Shown here: in pieces, positions 38,454 through 47,797 of the stretch | Numbering within the stretch: position 1 is the first letter of the stretch | How the letters are laid out: every line of letters begins with the position of its first letter | Source: a virus | Virus record (IMG/VR): IMGVR_UViG_3300037156_000058 | Location: 4,692-68,691 of that record | DNA length: 64,000 bases | Direction: 5' to 3' (one strand) | Notes under the pieces: model-generated | What the model was told of the DNA's origin: nothing | The model's database searches: none | Seen by the model: the letters and a program-made list of their open reading frames with translations, nothing else | Translations under genes and position numbers: made by a program

Positions 38454-40913
38454 TTATGCTTGCGCGGGAGCGGCAGGAGAGCCAAGCGAAGCCTGCGGAG
38501 CGGGAGGCATCCCGGCAGACGGCGGCAATTGCCGAGCCCGGTTCCCTTCCTTCTCCTGCTTCTTTGTCTTCGGCGGACCTTCCGGCTCGCCGAGCATCTG
38601 TTGTTGTGCCGCCGCTTGCATTGCTTCCGCCTGCATGACTTTCTGGTGTGCCATCGCGTGCAGAATTACGTTCAGAACGCCAAGTGGATTACCAGCCGGA
38701 TACTGTTCCGTTCGCAGTGCCGCCTGACGGCGTCGCGCGTTGCTGGATAGCCACTCTTTGCCCTTCTCAAATTCCGGCTGGTGGTAGTCGAGTTGATCGA
38801 CAGGGACAGACGGCTGCAATAACTGTAACGCCATCAGATCGCCCGTGAGCGCGCGCTGATAGAGCGCGCCGAGAGACATATCCGGGAACGGAGTTGGAGG
38901 CGGTTCCGGTTGTCCTGCCGCAAGTGCGGCGGCATTCGCCTGAACCATTTCTGTCGCGTGCGCCACCTGGAGTTTCTGAATTACTTCAGGATCAGGCGGC
39001 AACGGCTGCCCCTTCAGTAATTCCTCGATCTCGATCAACTGCTTATCACGAGATTCCGCTGCCGGGATCACGAGTTCCGAGAATCCCTGAAGGTCTGCGA
39101 ACGTGCGCCAGTTGTCGGGACTGGTCATCAATTCTTCGCCAACTTGCGGAGACTGCGCGGCCATCTGGAGCATGACCGTTAGATTCTGCCGTTTCTGTGC
39201 TGTGGTTTCAGGGAAACTCGAATCTTCATCCGGGTAGGCGCCGAAGTGGCCCTTGGAAATCTTCTCGATCTGGAGTTGATCGCTCTGATCGCCGGTCGCA
39301 ACCACAATTCCGTTCTCGTAATCAGGATTGCGGGATGCCAGCAATGCCGCCTGATACCGGATGCGCGCCCACTGCCGCTGCATGGCGCTCCAGATCAGGC
39401 CGAGTTGCCCCATTGCCTGTTGGCGTAATTGTGCCGCGCCTGAGCTAGTCTGCGCATGTTCGTCTCCACTGCCCGACAGAACTGGCGGGGTCGCCAACAT
39501 CAACTGCGATAACGGACCAGCGACGTCCTGAATCCACGCCATGACAGTTTGCGGCAAAACCAGATCGGGCTCACGGAAGAATGACGCCGCCAACGCGAGA
39601 TCCTTACGTGCTTTGCGGATACGGATTGCGTATGGCTCCGCACGTTGATTCGTTACCGCGTCGATGTCCTGTTCTTCGCCGTCGATCCATGTTGACGGCC
39701 AGCCAGTATCCGACGCCTGCCGTAGCCCGTTCGTGACATCGTTGAAAGTGTCCTGAATGACAACGAACAGATCGAAGATCGCCTGGCGAGACATGCCGTC
39801 GCCTTCATACGGAAACGCTATATCGAGCGCGTCGTCCATCGACTCATCCCACGATCCAACATAAGTTTCTCCGATGAAAACGACGTGGCAGCCAGATGGG
39901 AATAATTCAAGGAGTTTGTCTTTGACTGTCCCGGTTCCGTCTTCGCACGGCGCGTCACATTCCTCGTCCTCGAAATTCGCCGGCCGAAGCCAGCAATTCA
40001 TGCGAGTGACAACGTGCGTCATCGCATCGCCCTGCTGAGTTTGCGTGCGCGTTCCCTGAAGAATACCGAGGCGAGCGGTGCGCTCGTATGCAGATTCTCC
40101 GACACCGGACACTCCCGGCTGGATCATCTTCGAGAAAAGTTTACCTTCGACGTTCTCGCCGGGATACTGCGCTTTTGCCTGCGTTACGTCCGGATCGTCC
40201 ATCAGGAAGCAGTACAGGCATTCCTTCTGGCTGGCCGCGAGTATCGGCACCTTGGATTCGAGCGTGCCGTGGAACGTAGTCAGTTCCATCCGCTTCGCGG
40301 TGCCGTCGTCGTTCAGGCCGAACATCTGCGCGTCCGCTTCCGTGCGCGTCCAGGAAACCGTGCGCCCCGACACGCGCATGAACCGGACCTGTTTTTTCAT
40401 CAGGCCCTTCACGTCGTTCGCGCGGTCGAATATTTCGGTGTAGACTCCAGCCTGATCCGCGGCTTCCTTGTCCTCTTCGAGTTGCGAGTTGATCGGACGG
40501 AAGGCGATTCCGGGAGGGGACTGCGTGAGAACGGAGTCGATCACGCGGGCATACGGCAGGGTGATGTTGTAGTCGTCGATGTACTTCGGGGCCTGCCCTT
40601 TGCCGTTGATCCCGTTGCATATCTGGCCGGCCACCATCGGCTGAAGTCCCTGGGTGTTCTCGTAGAGATGCTGGACGCCTTTTTCGTAATAACGATTTCG
40701 TCGGTCGCGCATAATTTCGCGGCGCCGGGGGAATTCGTCCTGGTGTTGACGCTTAGAAACGAGGGAACTTAGGACTTTTACGATCTGGAGCGGGAGCTGT
40801 TCGTTGCGTGGACCGTAATCGTCTTCCGGCTGAGACTCCGCGCCTTCAGGGTGATCCTGTGCGGCTTCGAGTCCTTCGTTTGGCGGGGCTTCGAGTTCGA
40901 GAGTGGGGGTCAC
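38454..40913 (-). CDS. portal protein
   Basis: 819 aa; TSSGAAQLRQQA motif and Q/P-rich C-terminus typical of P22-like portals; synteny. Confidence 0.8.
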   Translation of the reverse strand: MTPTLELEAPPNEGLEAAQDHPEGAESQPEDDYGPRNEQLPLQIVKVLSSLVSKRQHQDEFPRRREIMRDRRNRYYEKGVQHLYENTQGLQPMVAGQICNGINGKGQAPKYIDDYNITLPYARVIDSVLTQSPPGIAFRPINSQLEEDKEAADQAGVYTEIFDRANDVKGLMKKQVRFMRVSGRTVSWTRTEADAQMFGLNDDGTAKRMELTTFHGTLESKVPILAASQKECLYCFLMDDPDVTQAKAQYPGENVEGKLFSKMIQPGVSGVGESAYERTARLGILQGTRTQTQQGDAMTHVVTRMNCWLRPANFEDEECDAPCEDGTGTVKDKLLELFPSGCHVVFIGETYVGSWDESMDDALDIAFPYEGDGMSRQAIFDLFVVIQDTFNDVTNGLRQASDTGWPSTWIDGEEQDIDAVTNQRAEPYAIRIRKARKDLALAASFFREPDLVLPQTVMAWIQDVAGPLSQLMLATPPVLSGSGDEHAQTSSGAAQLRQQAMGQLGLIWSAMQRQWARIRYQAALLASRNPDYENGIVVATGDQSDQLQIEKISKGHFGAYPDEDSSFPETTAQKRQNLTVMLQMAAQSPQVGEELMTSPDNWRTFADLQGFSELVIPAAESRDKQLIEIEELLKGQPLPPDPEVIQKLQVAHATEMVQANAAALAAGQPEPPPTPFPDMSLGALYQRALTGDLMALQLLQPSVPVDQLDYHQPEFEKGKEWLSSNARRRQAALRTEQYPAGNPLGVLNVILHAMAHQKVMQAEAMQAAAQQQMLGEPEGPPKTKKQEKEGNRARQLPPSAGMPPAPQASLGSPAAPAQA

Positions 40914-40920
40914 TTGCTCA

Positions 40921-41190
40921 TCAGTTTACCGCAAGAGAGATTGGCGAGGTCTTGTCTACGTTCTCCGCGATCTGCGCGGCCATCTGAAGTTGGGAAGTGG
41001 TTTCAAACTTAAAGAGCACCGCATGGACCGCTTGGCCGAGTAAATCGCAACAAAGGGACTCAGCGCCGACCATGCAGGCGATGCCGCAGTAGGGGCAACA
41101 AATCATCTCGACTTCTCCGCGTTGCGCCAATACGATTTGCCTCTCTACGTACTGGACTTTTTGCTCTGGCGTGAGGGTCGGTTCACTCAT
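40921..41190 (-). CDS. hypothetical protein (CPYC)
   Basis: ATGA overlap. Confidence 0.65.
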   Translation of the reverse strand: MSEPTLTPEQKVQYVERQIVLAQRGEVEMICCPYCGIACMVGAESLCCDLLGQAVHAVLFKFETTSQLQMAAQIAENVDKTSPISLAVN

Positions 41191-41369
41191 TTCTTTTTCC
41201 GTCCAGCCAAAATCGCTCCCGGTTTTTTCTCTGGGTCGGGGGCACCAAAGTTGATCACAGCATGGGGGCTGCTTGTCAGGGTGACGGTCTTGTTGCCGTA
41301 GGTGGTCGCTTCCGTTGCCGTTCGCGTTGCCGTGGAAGTTTTGGTTTTGCTCTTGGTGCTATCTGACAT
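41187..41369 (-). CDS. 60-aa basic Thr-rich protein
   Basis: AGGAG RBS before ATG 41369. Confidence 0.6.
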   Translation of the reverse strand: MSDSTKSKTKTSTATRTATEATTYGNKTVTLTSSPHAVINFGAPDPEKKPGAILAGRKKK

Positions 41370-41388
41370 GTACTTGCTCCTGGCGGCG

Positions 41389-41556
41389 CTACTTTTTCTT
41401 CCATCCAGACAGAATTGCTCCCGGCTTTTTCTTCTCCGGGAGCTTGCTGTAATCGGTGGCCGTTTCCCATTCTTTAACATTGGACAAGCCCCCGAGGGCC
41501 TTCTTTCCGGTAGGAGTGAAGGCCCACTTGGCTTGTTGGCGGGAGACGAATGGCAA
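41389..41556 (-). CDS. 55-aa basic protein (not in ORF track)
   Basis: GGAG RBS and TTG start; MPFVSRQQAKWAFTPTGKKALGGLSNVKEWETATDYSKLPEKKKPGAILSGWKKK*, resembling small phage MPF.S..Q..W proteins. Confidence 0.65.
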   Translation of the reverse strand: MPFVSRQQAKWAFTPTGKKALGGLSNVKEWETATDYSKLPEKKKPGAILSGWKKK

Positions 41557-41559
41557 TGA

Positions 41560-41733
41560 CTACTCCGCCGCCGCGATGTGCCCCTGTACCGACACTTCGC
41601 GGGGGTCGGGATGCGCGGTGCCGATCCCGTAGACGGCGTAATCGAGAGCGGCCTGAAGTTCGACCACCCTCTTTTCGAGATCGCCAATGCGATCTTCGTT
41701 GGATTTTGTAAGTCCTTCGTTGTTGGTTGGCAT
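41560..41733 (-). CDS. 57-aa coiled-coil protein
   Basis: TAATG overlap with the upstream gene. Confidence 0.55.
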   Translation of the reverse strand: MPTNNEGLTKSNEDRIGDLEKRVVELQAALDYAVYGIGTAHPDPREVSVQGHIAAAE

Positions 41734-43223
41734 TACTGCATCACCTCGATCATCAAGAACCGAACCCTTGCGCTGGTGAGATTTGCGGTGCCGCTGTTGA
41801 TCTGGAACGACAGGGTATCCTGCGTCACCAGATTGGCGGCGCCGGAAGCCGCCGTAACGGAGTCGATAACAGCCAGCGCAGCGGGGGGTGAGCCGGACGC
41901 CGACTGGTAAGTCATGCGACCGTGCGCCTCGATTGTGCCAGCCGCTCCGGTAGCTGCCGTGCACAGCCACATCTCTATGATGAGGTTAGACTGCGTGGTC
42001 CCGGAAGTCGCGGCCGTCGTGACGGTCCACATTGCCGTGGTGGTGGTCCCGTATACCGACTCCAGGAGCAGCGTCGGAATCAGCGTCGCGGTGGACCCGG
42101 GCGTGAAGCTGGCAATCAGCGTGATTCGCAGCGTGCGCCCGATGTTGTTCAGGAACCCGGCAGGCAGGTCAACGCGCGCCCATTCCTGAGCCGTGCCGGC
42201 CGTAACGGTCGTGATGTTTGCGAAAGGAGGGAACACGGTCTGGAACGGCTGCACCATATTCGGTGATGCCACCGGCAGAGAAGCGATGCCGGTGAATGCG
42301 TTACTGGTCGTAGGGGGCAATGCCGTTGCCACGGTGGTGATAGTCGGCGAACTGAACGAAGTTCCGATCAGGAACGCCGTGATGGCACCGCACTGAACAG
42401 TCGTGCCGTTGGCAGCCGTGCAGGGCACCTGATAATTGACGTTGGTCGTGGTTCCAATGAATACCAGGTAGCCAACGGCCCCGGTAGCCGCAATCGGGCC
42501 GGTGCCGCCGATGGCTTTGCTCACCGTCGCAGTGAAACTGTACTCACTGGACGGAATAGTGATTCCGCCAGCCGCATTGACATACGCGAACTTAACGTAA
42601 GTCGTTACCGCAGTCCATGTTCCGGTTGCCGCTGTGCTTGCAACCTGCGTGATGAGCGGAATAGATGGCGCGGCCAACAGGGACACCGAGCCGGAACGGT
42701 TTGAAATGCCGACCGAGCTTGCTGCCGAATTGTCCTCAACCCGAACGGTTCCACCCGAAGGAAGAGTAGCTGCCGAAACAATCGCCGCTGTCCCGCCACG
42801 CGAATACCACGGCGCTGTTACAACAACAATTCCACCGCCGGAAGCCGCCGCTACGTTAATGGCCTCCTGGAGTCCGTAAGTCGATGACGTAACGAAATCG
42901 CCCGTTCCGTGAGCGTTGTCGAAAGTAGCCGTGATCTGCGCAGTCCCAAGGGTCCCGGGAGTCGGATTGGAGATGGCGGTGAGCGTCACCGTTTCCGCGT
43001 TACTGCCGGTTCCCACCGTAAGAGGGTTATTGGTGTTCAACGGAGAGAAAACGGTCCCGTCTGTCGCCGTTACCTGACCGTAAGCGAGCGTCAGCGTAGC
43101 CGATCCGACAGCGCTGGGGGCTACCTGATAGACCTGAAGTGCGGGAGGAGTATCGTTTCCGGCACCTCCGAAATTGTAGTCAAGAGCCACATAACGGCCC
43201 CCGAATCTGGAGCGATTTGCCAT
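41733..43223 (-). CDS. putative virion structural/decoration protein
   Basis: Thr/Ala/Gly-rich beta protein; AAGGA RBS; no signal peptide. Confidence 0.65.
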   Translation of the reverse strand: MANRSRFGGRYVALDYNFGGAGNDTPPALQVYQVAPSAVGSATLTLAYGQVTATDGTVFSPLNTNNPLTVGTGSNAETVTLTAISNPTPGTLGTAQITATFDNAHGTGDFVTSSTYGLQEAINVAAASGGGIVVVTAPWYSRGGTAAIVSAATLPSGGTVRVEDNSAASSVGISNRSGSVSLLAAPSIPLITQVASTAATGTWTAVTTYVKFAYVNAAGGITIPSSEYSFTATVSKAIGGTGPIAATGAVGYLVFIGTTTNVNYQVPCTAANGTTVQCGAITAFLIGTSFSSPTITTVATALPPTTSNAFTGIASLPVASPNMVQPFQTVFPPFANITTVTAGTAQEWARVDLPAGFLNNIGRTLRITLIASFTPGSTATLIPTLLLESVYGTTTTAMWTVTTAATSGTTQSNLIIEMWLCTAATGAAGTIEAHGRMTYQSASGSPPAALAVIDSVTAASGAANLVTQDTLSFQINSGTANLTSARVRFLMIEVMQ

Positions 43224-43286
43224 TTCCTTTTCCTTTCGGCCCTTGCGAGGCCTGGAACTTTGCGAGTTCTGCAATTACTATACACT

Positions 43287-43316
43287 AAAAAAAGAGCCGT
43301 CCGAAGACGGCCCTTT
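43287..43316 (-). terminator. intrinsic terminator
   Basis: GGGCCGTC-TTCG-GACGGCTC followed by T7. Confidence 0.85.
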
Positions 43317-43339
43317 CTCGTTTGAAGTTTTACCGCAAC

Positions 43340-43828
43340 CTACCCTCGCATCATGGCGTGCATCCCCGCCATTCCCATACCTTCGTCGCCATCATTGTCG
43401 CTCGGCATTTCGCCGCCTTCTCCGTTCATGACAGAGGCCATGTGCTGTCCAGCCTCTTCCGGGGATTCGTGTTCGCTTGCCTGCGGATCGCCACCATCAG
43501 CCGCGTGGTGCATCTTGACCGACATTCCGTCGTGGTGCGCGTGGACGTGAGTGCCTTCCGGCTCGTGATGCGCGGCCATGTGAACGAGAGCGTGTCCTAT
43601 CGACGGATGCTCTGTCTTTGCGCCGTCGATAACGGAATGATAACTACCGTCGCCGTGGGCGTGAAGTTCGGAGCCGCCGCCTTCGTTGGGATCTTCCATG
43701 GCAGGCTTACCTGCCATCCCAGGCTTACTTGCTTGCGGGGGCTTCGCTGTGCGGGCCGCTGCTGATTTGTCTGCCTGTCTCGCTAATTGATGGTTGGGGC
43801 GAAACTTTCCGTCAGATGATATTGGCAT
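43340..43828 (-). CDS. His-rich hypothetical protein
   Basis: AGGA RBS; repeated His/Gly/Asp segments. Confidence 0.7.
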   Translation of the reverse strand: MPISSDGKFRPNHQLARQADKSAAARTAKPPQASKPGMAGKPAMEDPNEGGGSELHAHGDGSYHSVIDGAKTEHPSIGHALVHMAAHHEPEGTHVHAHHDGMSVKMHHAADGGDPQASEHESPEEAGQHMASVMNGEGGEMPSDNDGDEGMGMAGMHAMMRG

Positions 43829-44552
43829 TCTTTTGTTCCTTCCTTTTTGCCCACCATGCGGTTATCGAGGCGGACATTTTCTTTCTGTATTCCGGATCAG
43901 TGTTACTTATCCTAACGGCCGCTGTGAGATTTTTTTTATGAATCTCCGAAAGCGGTTTTCCTATATACCGTTCCCTTTGCCGTTGCTGGTTTTGGGGGTC
44001 AGACCAGTACAATTTACCTCGCTCGCCAAGCGCCCTGCACTCTTCCTTGGTACGCGTCCTGGAATGGCAAAATGGGTGGGTTCCGTCTGCGATCCCGCGC
44101 TTAGCAAAGTCACTTAACAGGCGCTTTGTCTCGTCGCTAACCCTGTACCCCAATCGACCAGATACGACTTTAGCCCTAAAATCGGAATCCTGCCACAACA
44201 AGAGCATTCTCTTGCGGGACGCTTCTAGTTGTTCCTTGGTGGGCGGAATGCCACGCACTCCATCTCCCCCGATAGTTCTGTTGTAGCCGTATTTTGGGTG
44301 ATTGCTGCCAGCCGCCTCAATGGACTTGATTTCCATCATAGCCAGCTCCCATTCATCGAACGTTTCCAGGATGCTTTCGATGGTGAAGTTTTCGACTCCG
44401 TATTTTTTAATTGCAGCGTAGATGCCGTACCCGTAGCGCGGCAGTTTAGCGGCCCATAGATGCTCCCTCCATCTGCGGGACAGGTTCTTGTGAACCGTCT
44501 TACCGATATATACCTTGCCGTTTTTATGGTTACGGATTCTGTATAGGTGCAT
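43812..44552 (-). CDS. GIY-YIG homing endonuclease with NUMOD3-like repeats
   Basis: LYRIRN..NGKVYIGKT...RW.EH; GYN.T.GGDG. Confidence 0.9.
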   Translation of the reverse strand: MHLYRIRNHKNGKVYIGKTVHKNLSRRWREHLWAAKLPRYGYGIYAAIKKYGVENFTIESILETFDEWELAMMEIKSIEAAGSNHPKYGYNRTIGGDGVRGIPPTKEQLEASRKRMLLLWQDSDFRAKVVSGRLGYRVSDETKRLLSDFAKRGIADGTHPFCHSRTRTKEECRALGERGKLYWSDPQNQQRQRERYIGKPLSEIHKKNLTAAVRISNTDPEYRKKMSASITAWWAKRKEQKNANII

Positions 44553-45030
44553 CTTGTGGCGGCAATGCCGCTGGTGTCAGACTATCAGACTTCACGCCAA
44601 GCAATTCAAGCGGAGACTTCTCCGCCGCCTGCTTCTCGTGCTCATCCGCAATCGCTTTCAACTCTGCCGGGACAACCAGTGCTGGCGTTTCCCGCTGTCT
44701 CGCCTTCTCGTCCGGCATCTGCGCCGTGGGGGATTTCGTTTTCGGGCCATCATGCCCGCACTGCGGGCAGCGGTACATGTCCGGGTCGGTCGGTGGATGA
44801 ATAATCAGGCAGGCACTGCACGCACGGCAGTACACTACTTCGGGTCGTGCCTCGACGTGCGGAGCAACTTGCACGTTAGGTGGAGTCGGCGGCGGCACCG
44901 CCTGGTGGCCTGTCGGAGTCGAGCGGTGCGCTTCGAGATGATCGATACGCATGTGGCCGCAAGTCTCGCACTCGTTGAGCGGGAGCGCACGACCTGGCGC
45001 GAATGAGGTACAGGGAGTCGGTTGCTTCAC
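44530..45030 (-). CDS. zinc-binding hypothetical protein
   Basis: CETCGH, CRAC, CPQC. Confidence 0.6.
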   Translation of the reverse strand: MKQPTPCTSFAPGRALPLNECETCGHMRIDHLEAHRSTPTGHQAVPPPTPPNVQVAPHVEARPEVVYCRACSACLIIHPPTDPDMYRCPQCGHDGPKTKSPTAQMPDEKARQRETPALVVPAELKAIADEHEKQAAEKSPLELLGVKSDSLTPAALPPQDAPIQNP

Positions 45031-45365
45031 TGTGTATTTCCTTCCATGAACGAGCGGAATCCCCGTCCGGTTGAGAACTGCGTTACTTTTTCGTCGGGAT
45101 CAACTGGTTTAACGGGAGCGTGGCGAACCGGCTCCAGATCCTCAATACGGCGCGTTGTCTCTGCGAATCGGGCGACCGCGATGTCCTCGTCAACATGCAT
45201 GTCGCGCCGGATTTCTTTTTCGGTGGCGCCGATCAACATCACCGCGTTGTCCGTGTCCGTCTGGAGTTCGTGCGTGCGTTTCCAAAACCAGAACACGACA
45301 ACCGCAATCGCTGCCCATGTGAGTAGCAACAATACACCGAGCGTAATCAAGATCATATTCTCCAT
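45027..45365 (-). CDS. membrane-anchored hypothetical protein
   Basis: N-terminal TM helix. Confidence 0.65.
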   Translation of the reverse strand: MENMILITLGVLLLLTWAAIAVVVFWFWKRTHELQTDTDNAVMLIGATEKEIRRDMHVDEDIAVARFAETTRRIEDLEPVRHAPVKPVDPDEKVTQFSTGRGFRSFMEGNTQ

Positions 45366-47188
45366 CGTGGCCTCGAAATTATCGACGTTGACTGCTTGTT
45401 CCGCGCCTCAAACTGCCGCATCGCCATTGCCCGCGCGTTCGGGTCTTCTCCTGCCGATGTTAGCACTTCGCGGACCTGAACTTCGCGGGGAACTTTGGAA
45501 CGGGTTGACAATTTTGACTTCAATAAATACCTAAGCATATCCCCGATGTTGTCCCAGATGTTGTCAACCTTCAGGACGTCTTCCGGCTTCTTTGGGTCGC
45601 GTATCAGGATAGGAATCGTGGAAATTATGCCAGTGCATTCCTCGCTGATAAGCAGCATTGGGAATCCGCCAGGATATAGGCTTGGCGTGTCGCTCAACAT
45701 CGAACACGTCTGTTTTAGGCAGTTCCAAAGAAGACGCCACCCGCCAGCGCGGTCATCATCAGCCTTGTCGGGTATCGGAAATTTGTTCTTTCTCATTACG
45801 GCGTCGATGCCGTCCGAAATTGTGTTCGCCGTACTTCTTTTCTGCCAGGCATCTGGCGATAACCAGTATTCGCGGAGCATACGGCGCTCGGCTTCTCCAA
45901 CGGTCATATCCACGATGGTCTGAGCCATCTCGCCTTCGCCTGTTTGGGAGACAACGTATTCCCTGTTTACCACTACCACGTCAACAGGGAAGTCTATTTC
46001 CTTGTTGAAGAACTTTTTGAATTCTTTCGGCGAAAGTTGTCCGGTCGCTGCCCATCCAGTTGCCGACTCGTGAGCGAATCCCCAGTCAGAGGCGATCCAG
46101 CGCGGCCACCACGGCTTTACGATGTCCTCTGCCGCTTGAGCCTTGATGACGATCTTCTCTTTTTGCCAAACTCCGAGATAATACTGCCCCTCAAACTGAT
46201 CGAACGAGCCGAATAAATCGCCAGCGCGAATGGCTTCGGGCTTGGCCCACATTTTCCGGCCTTCGGATGTCTTCTTGACGAAAATTTTGAAACGGTAATG
46301 ATCTGGGACCGTTGCGAGCCACGCTTCATCGTACTTTCCGTCAAGAGCGGGCGGAACGTCGCCGGGGAGCGCGTAGAATGATTCAAACGTCAGCGGAGAT
46401 CCGTTGACTTCGATGTTTTCACCGGAGAACCAATTCCAGCAGTCCCACCCAAACATTTGCACAAAGAAATAATCGCCAGGGGTCTCGTTTTCTTTGAATT
46501 CCTTGTCGTGAAATACACGACGAAGGTATCCGGCGCCCTGCCCACCTGGATTGTGCAGATGTAGCGTCTTGACCTGGCCAGGGAGTGCGTCAGGCCATCG
46601 GGCGCAGGTATTTAATTCCTGAAGTTCTCTCTCGCTGAACATTTCTGCCTGTTCTATGACCATGAAAAATACTTCAGGTCCGCGCGCCAGACCAATGATG
46701 TCGTCTAGTGAGTCTCCGTAGCGAAATGCAATACGGGAACCGCCCAATTCTGGAGGAAAGGCGAACTCTGGAGGAGAACTTGCCTTGTAATACTTCATCA
46801 ACTCCGGACGTTCTATGCGATATTTTTCTGTGAAGTTTTCTTCGGCTTTTGCGAGGTTTCGGCAAACGATCCAGACCGTAACTCCGGGATTGGAAAACGC
46901 AACCAGGAGGGCAATATCCCTTCCGCATCTCGATTTTGCCGACCCGCGACTTCCGCCCCCGCTTATTTTCGTGGGCACGTTGGGGCCTGTCGATCTAATT
47001 ACGTCATACAATTTTCTCTGCTTCGGCTGAAGCGTTATTCTCATCAGAAACTGGCCGCAGGCACATCGAATTTCCCCGCGACGAATCGGCTTCTTGCAGT
47101 TGGGGCATTTTTCGATAGTGGTCTTGGTGAACAGGCCCTTGTAGCCTGGAACTGTTTGGGAATCGGTTGATGAGAACGGTGTTTTCAT
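45353..47188 (-). CDS. terL: terminase large subunit
   Basis: GGSRGSAKS Walker A, MVIEQAE Walker B, HNPGG motif III, SDWGF nuclease motif, D..RY C-terminus; extra N-terminal zinc ribbon. Confidence 0.9.
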   Translation of the reverse strand: MKTPFSSTDSQTVPGYKGLFTKTTIEKCPNCKKPIRRGEIRCACGQFLMRITLQPKQRKLYDVIRSTGPNVPTKISGGGSRGSAKSRCGRDIALLVAFSNPGVTVWIVCRNLAKAEENFTEKYRIERPELMKYYKASSPPEFAFPPELGGSRIAFRYGDSLDDIIGLARGPEVFFMVIEQAEMFSERELQELNTCARWPDALPGQVKTLHLHNPGGQGAGYLRRVFHDKEFKENETPGDYFFVQMFGWDCWNWFSGENIEVNGSPLTFESFYALPGDVPPALDGKYDEAWLATVPDHYRFKIFVKKTSEGRKMWAKPEAIRAGDLFGSFDQFEGQYYLGVWQKEKIVIKAQAAEDIVKPWWPRWIASDWGFAHESATGWAATGQLSPKEFKKFFNKEIDFPVDVVVVNREYVVSQTGEGEMAQTIVDMTVGEAERRMLREYWLSPDAWQKRSTANTISDGIDAVMRKNKFPIPDKADDDRAGGWRLLWNCLKQTCSMLSDTPSLYPGGFPMLLISEECTGIISTIPILIRDPKKPEDVLKVDNIWDNIGDMLRYLLKSKLSTRSKVPREVQVREVLTSAGEDPNARAMAMRQFEARNKQSTSIISRPRWRI

Positions 47189-47266
47189 GGGATAATGGAG
47201 ACGGGCCAGAACGACGTTACCCGCGTCACCCCGGCCCTGAACTTTGCGATTGAAAGGACAATCACA

Positions 47267-47797
47267 ATGCCTATTGGAAAGTATACCCGCAAAATAATTC
47301 CGGTCAAAGACCGTCTTTTAAGCAAGAGATCCATTCAGCCGAACGGTTGCTGGCACTGGACTGGTCACGTGTCCAGGTATGGGTATGGGAAAATCAACGT
47401 CGGCGGCGTAATCAAACCGGCGCATCGTGTTTCGTATGAGGAGTTCGTCGGACCCATCCCCGAAGGGACGGAGCCAGATCATACTTGCCATGATCCAAGA
47501 GAATGTTCGGGTGGTGTCACATGCCCGCACAGAAGATGCTTCAATCCTGAACACATCGAACCCGTCACGAGAGAAAAGAACGCAAGCCGGGAACGCAGTT
47601 GCCATCGCGCGATAAATCCAGCGGTAATGGCTCTTGGCCAACAAGCCGCTGCTAAGAAAAAGAGAGAGCGAACGCATTGCGTTAACGGTCACGAGTTCAC
47701 TCCAGACAATACAAGCATGAAGGCTGGATATCGTCGCTGTAAGGAATGCCACCGGGAAAGCATGAGGGTCACGCAGCCACCTTCTCCCGCTTCATAA
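47267..47797 (+). CDS. HNH homing endonuclease (Zn-binding loop type)
   Basis: CWHWTG...GYG...AHRVSY...DHTC...C.NP.H.E.VT...N; THCVNGHEF; AAGGA RBS. Confidence 0.9.
   Translation: MPIGKYTRKIIPVKDRLLSKRSIQPNGCWHWTGHVSRYGYGKINVGGVIKPAHRVSYEEFVGPIPEGTEPDHTCHDPRECSGGVTCPHRRCFNPEHIEPVTREKNASRERSCHRAINPAVMALGQQAAAKKKRERTHCVNGHEFTPDNTSMKAGYRRCKECHRESMRVTQPPSPAS

Noticed and set aside
41389-41556. Apparent frameshift in the small MPFVS protein
   Set aside because: Recounting the G-run (GGGGG) shows the frame is intact.
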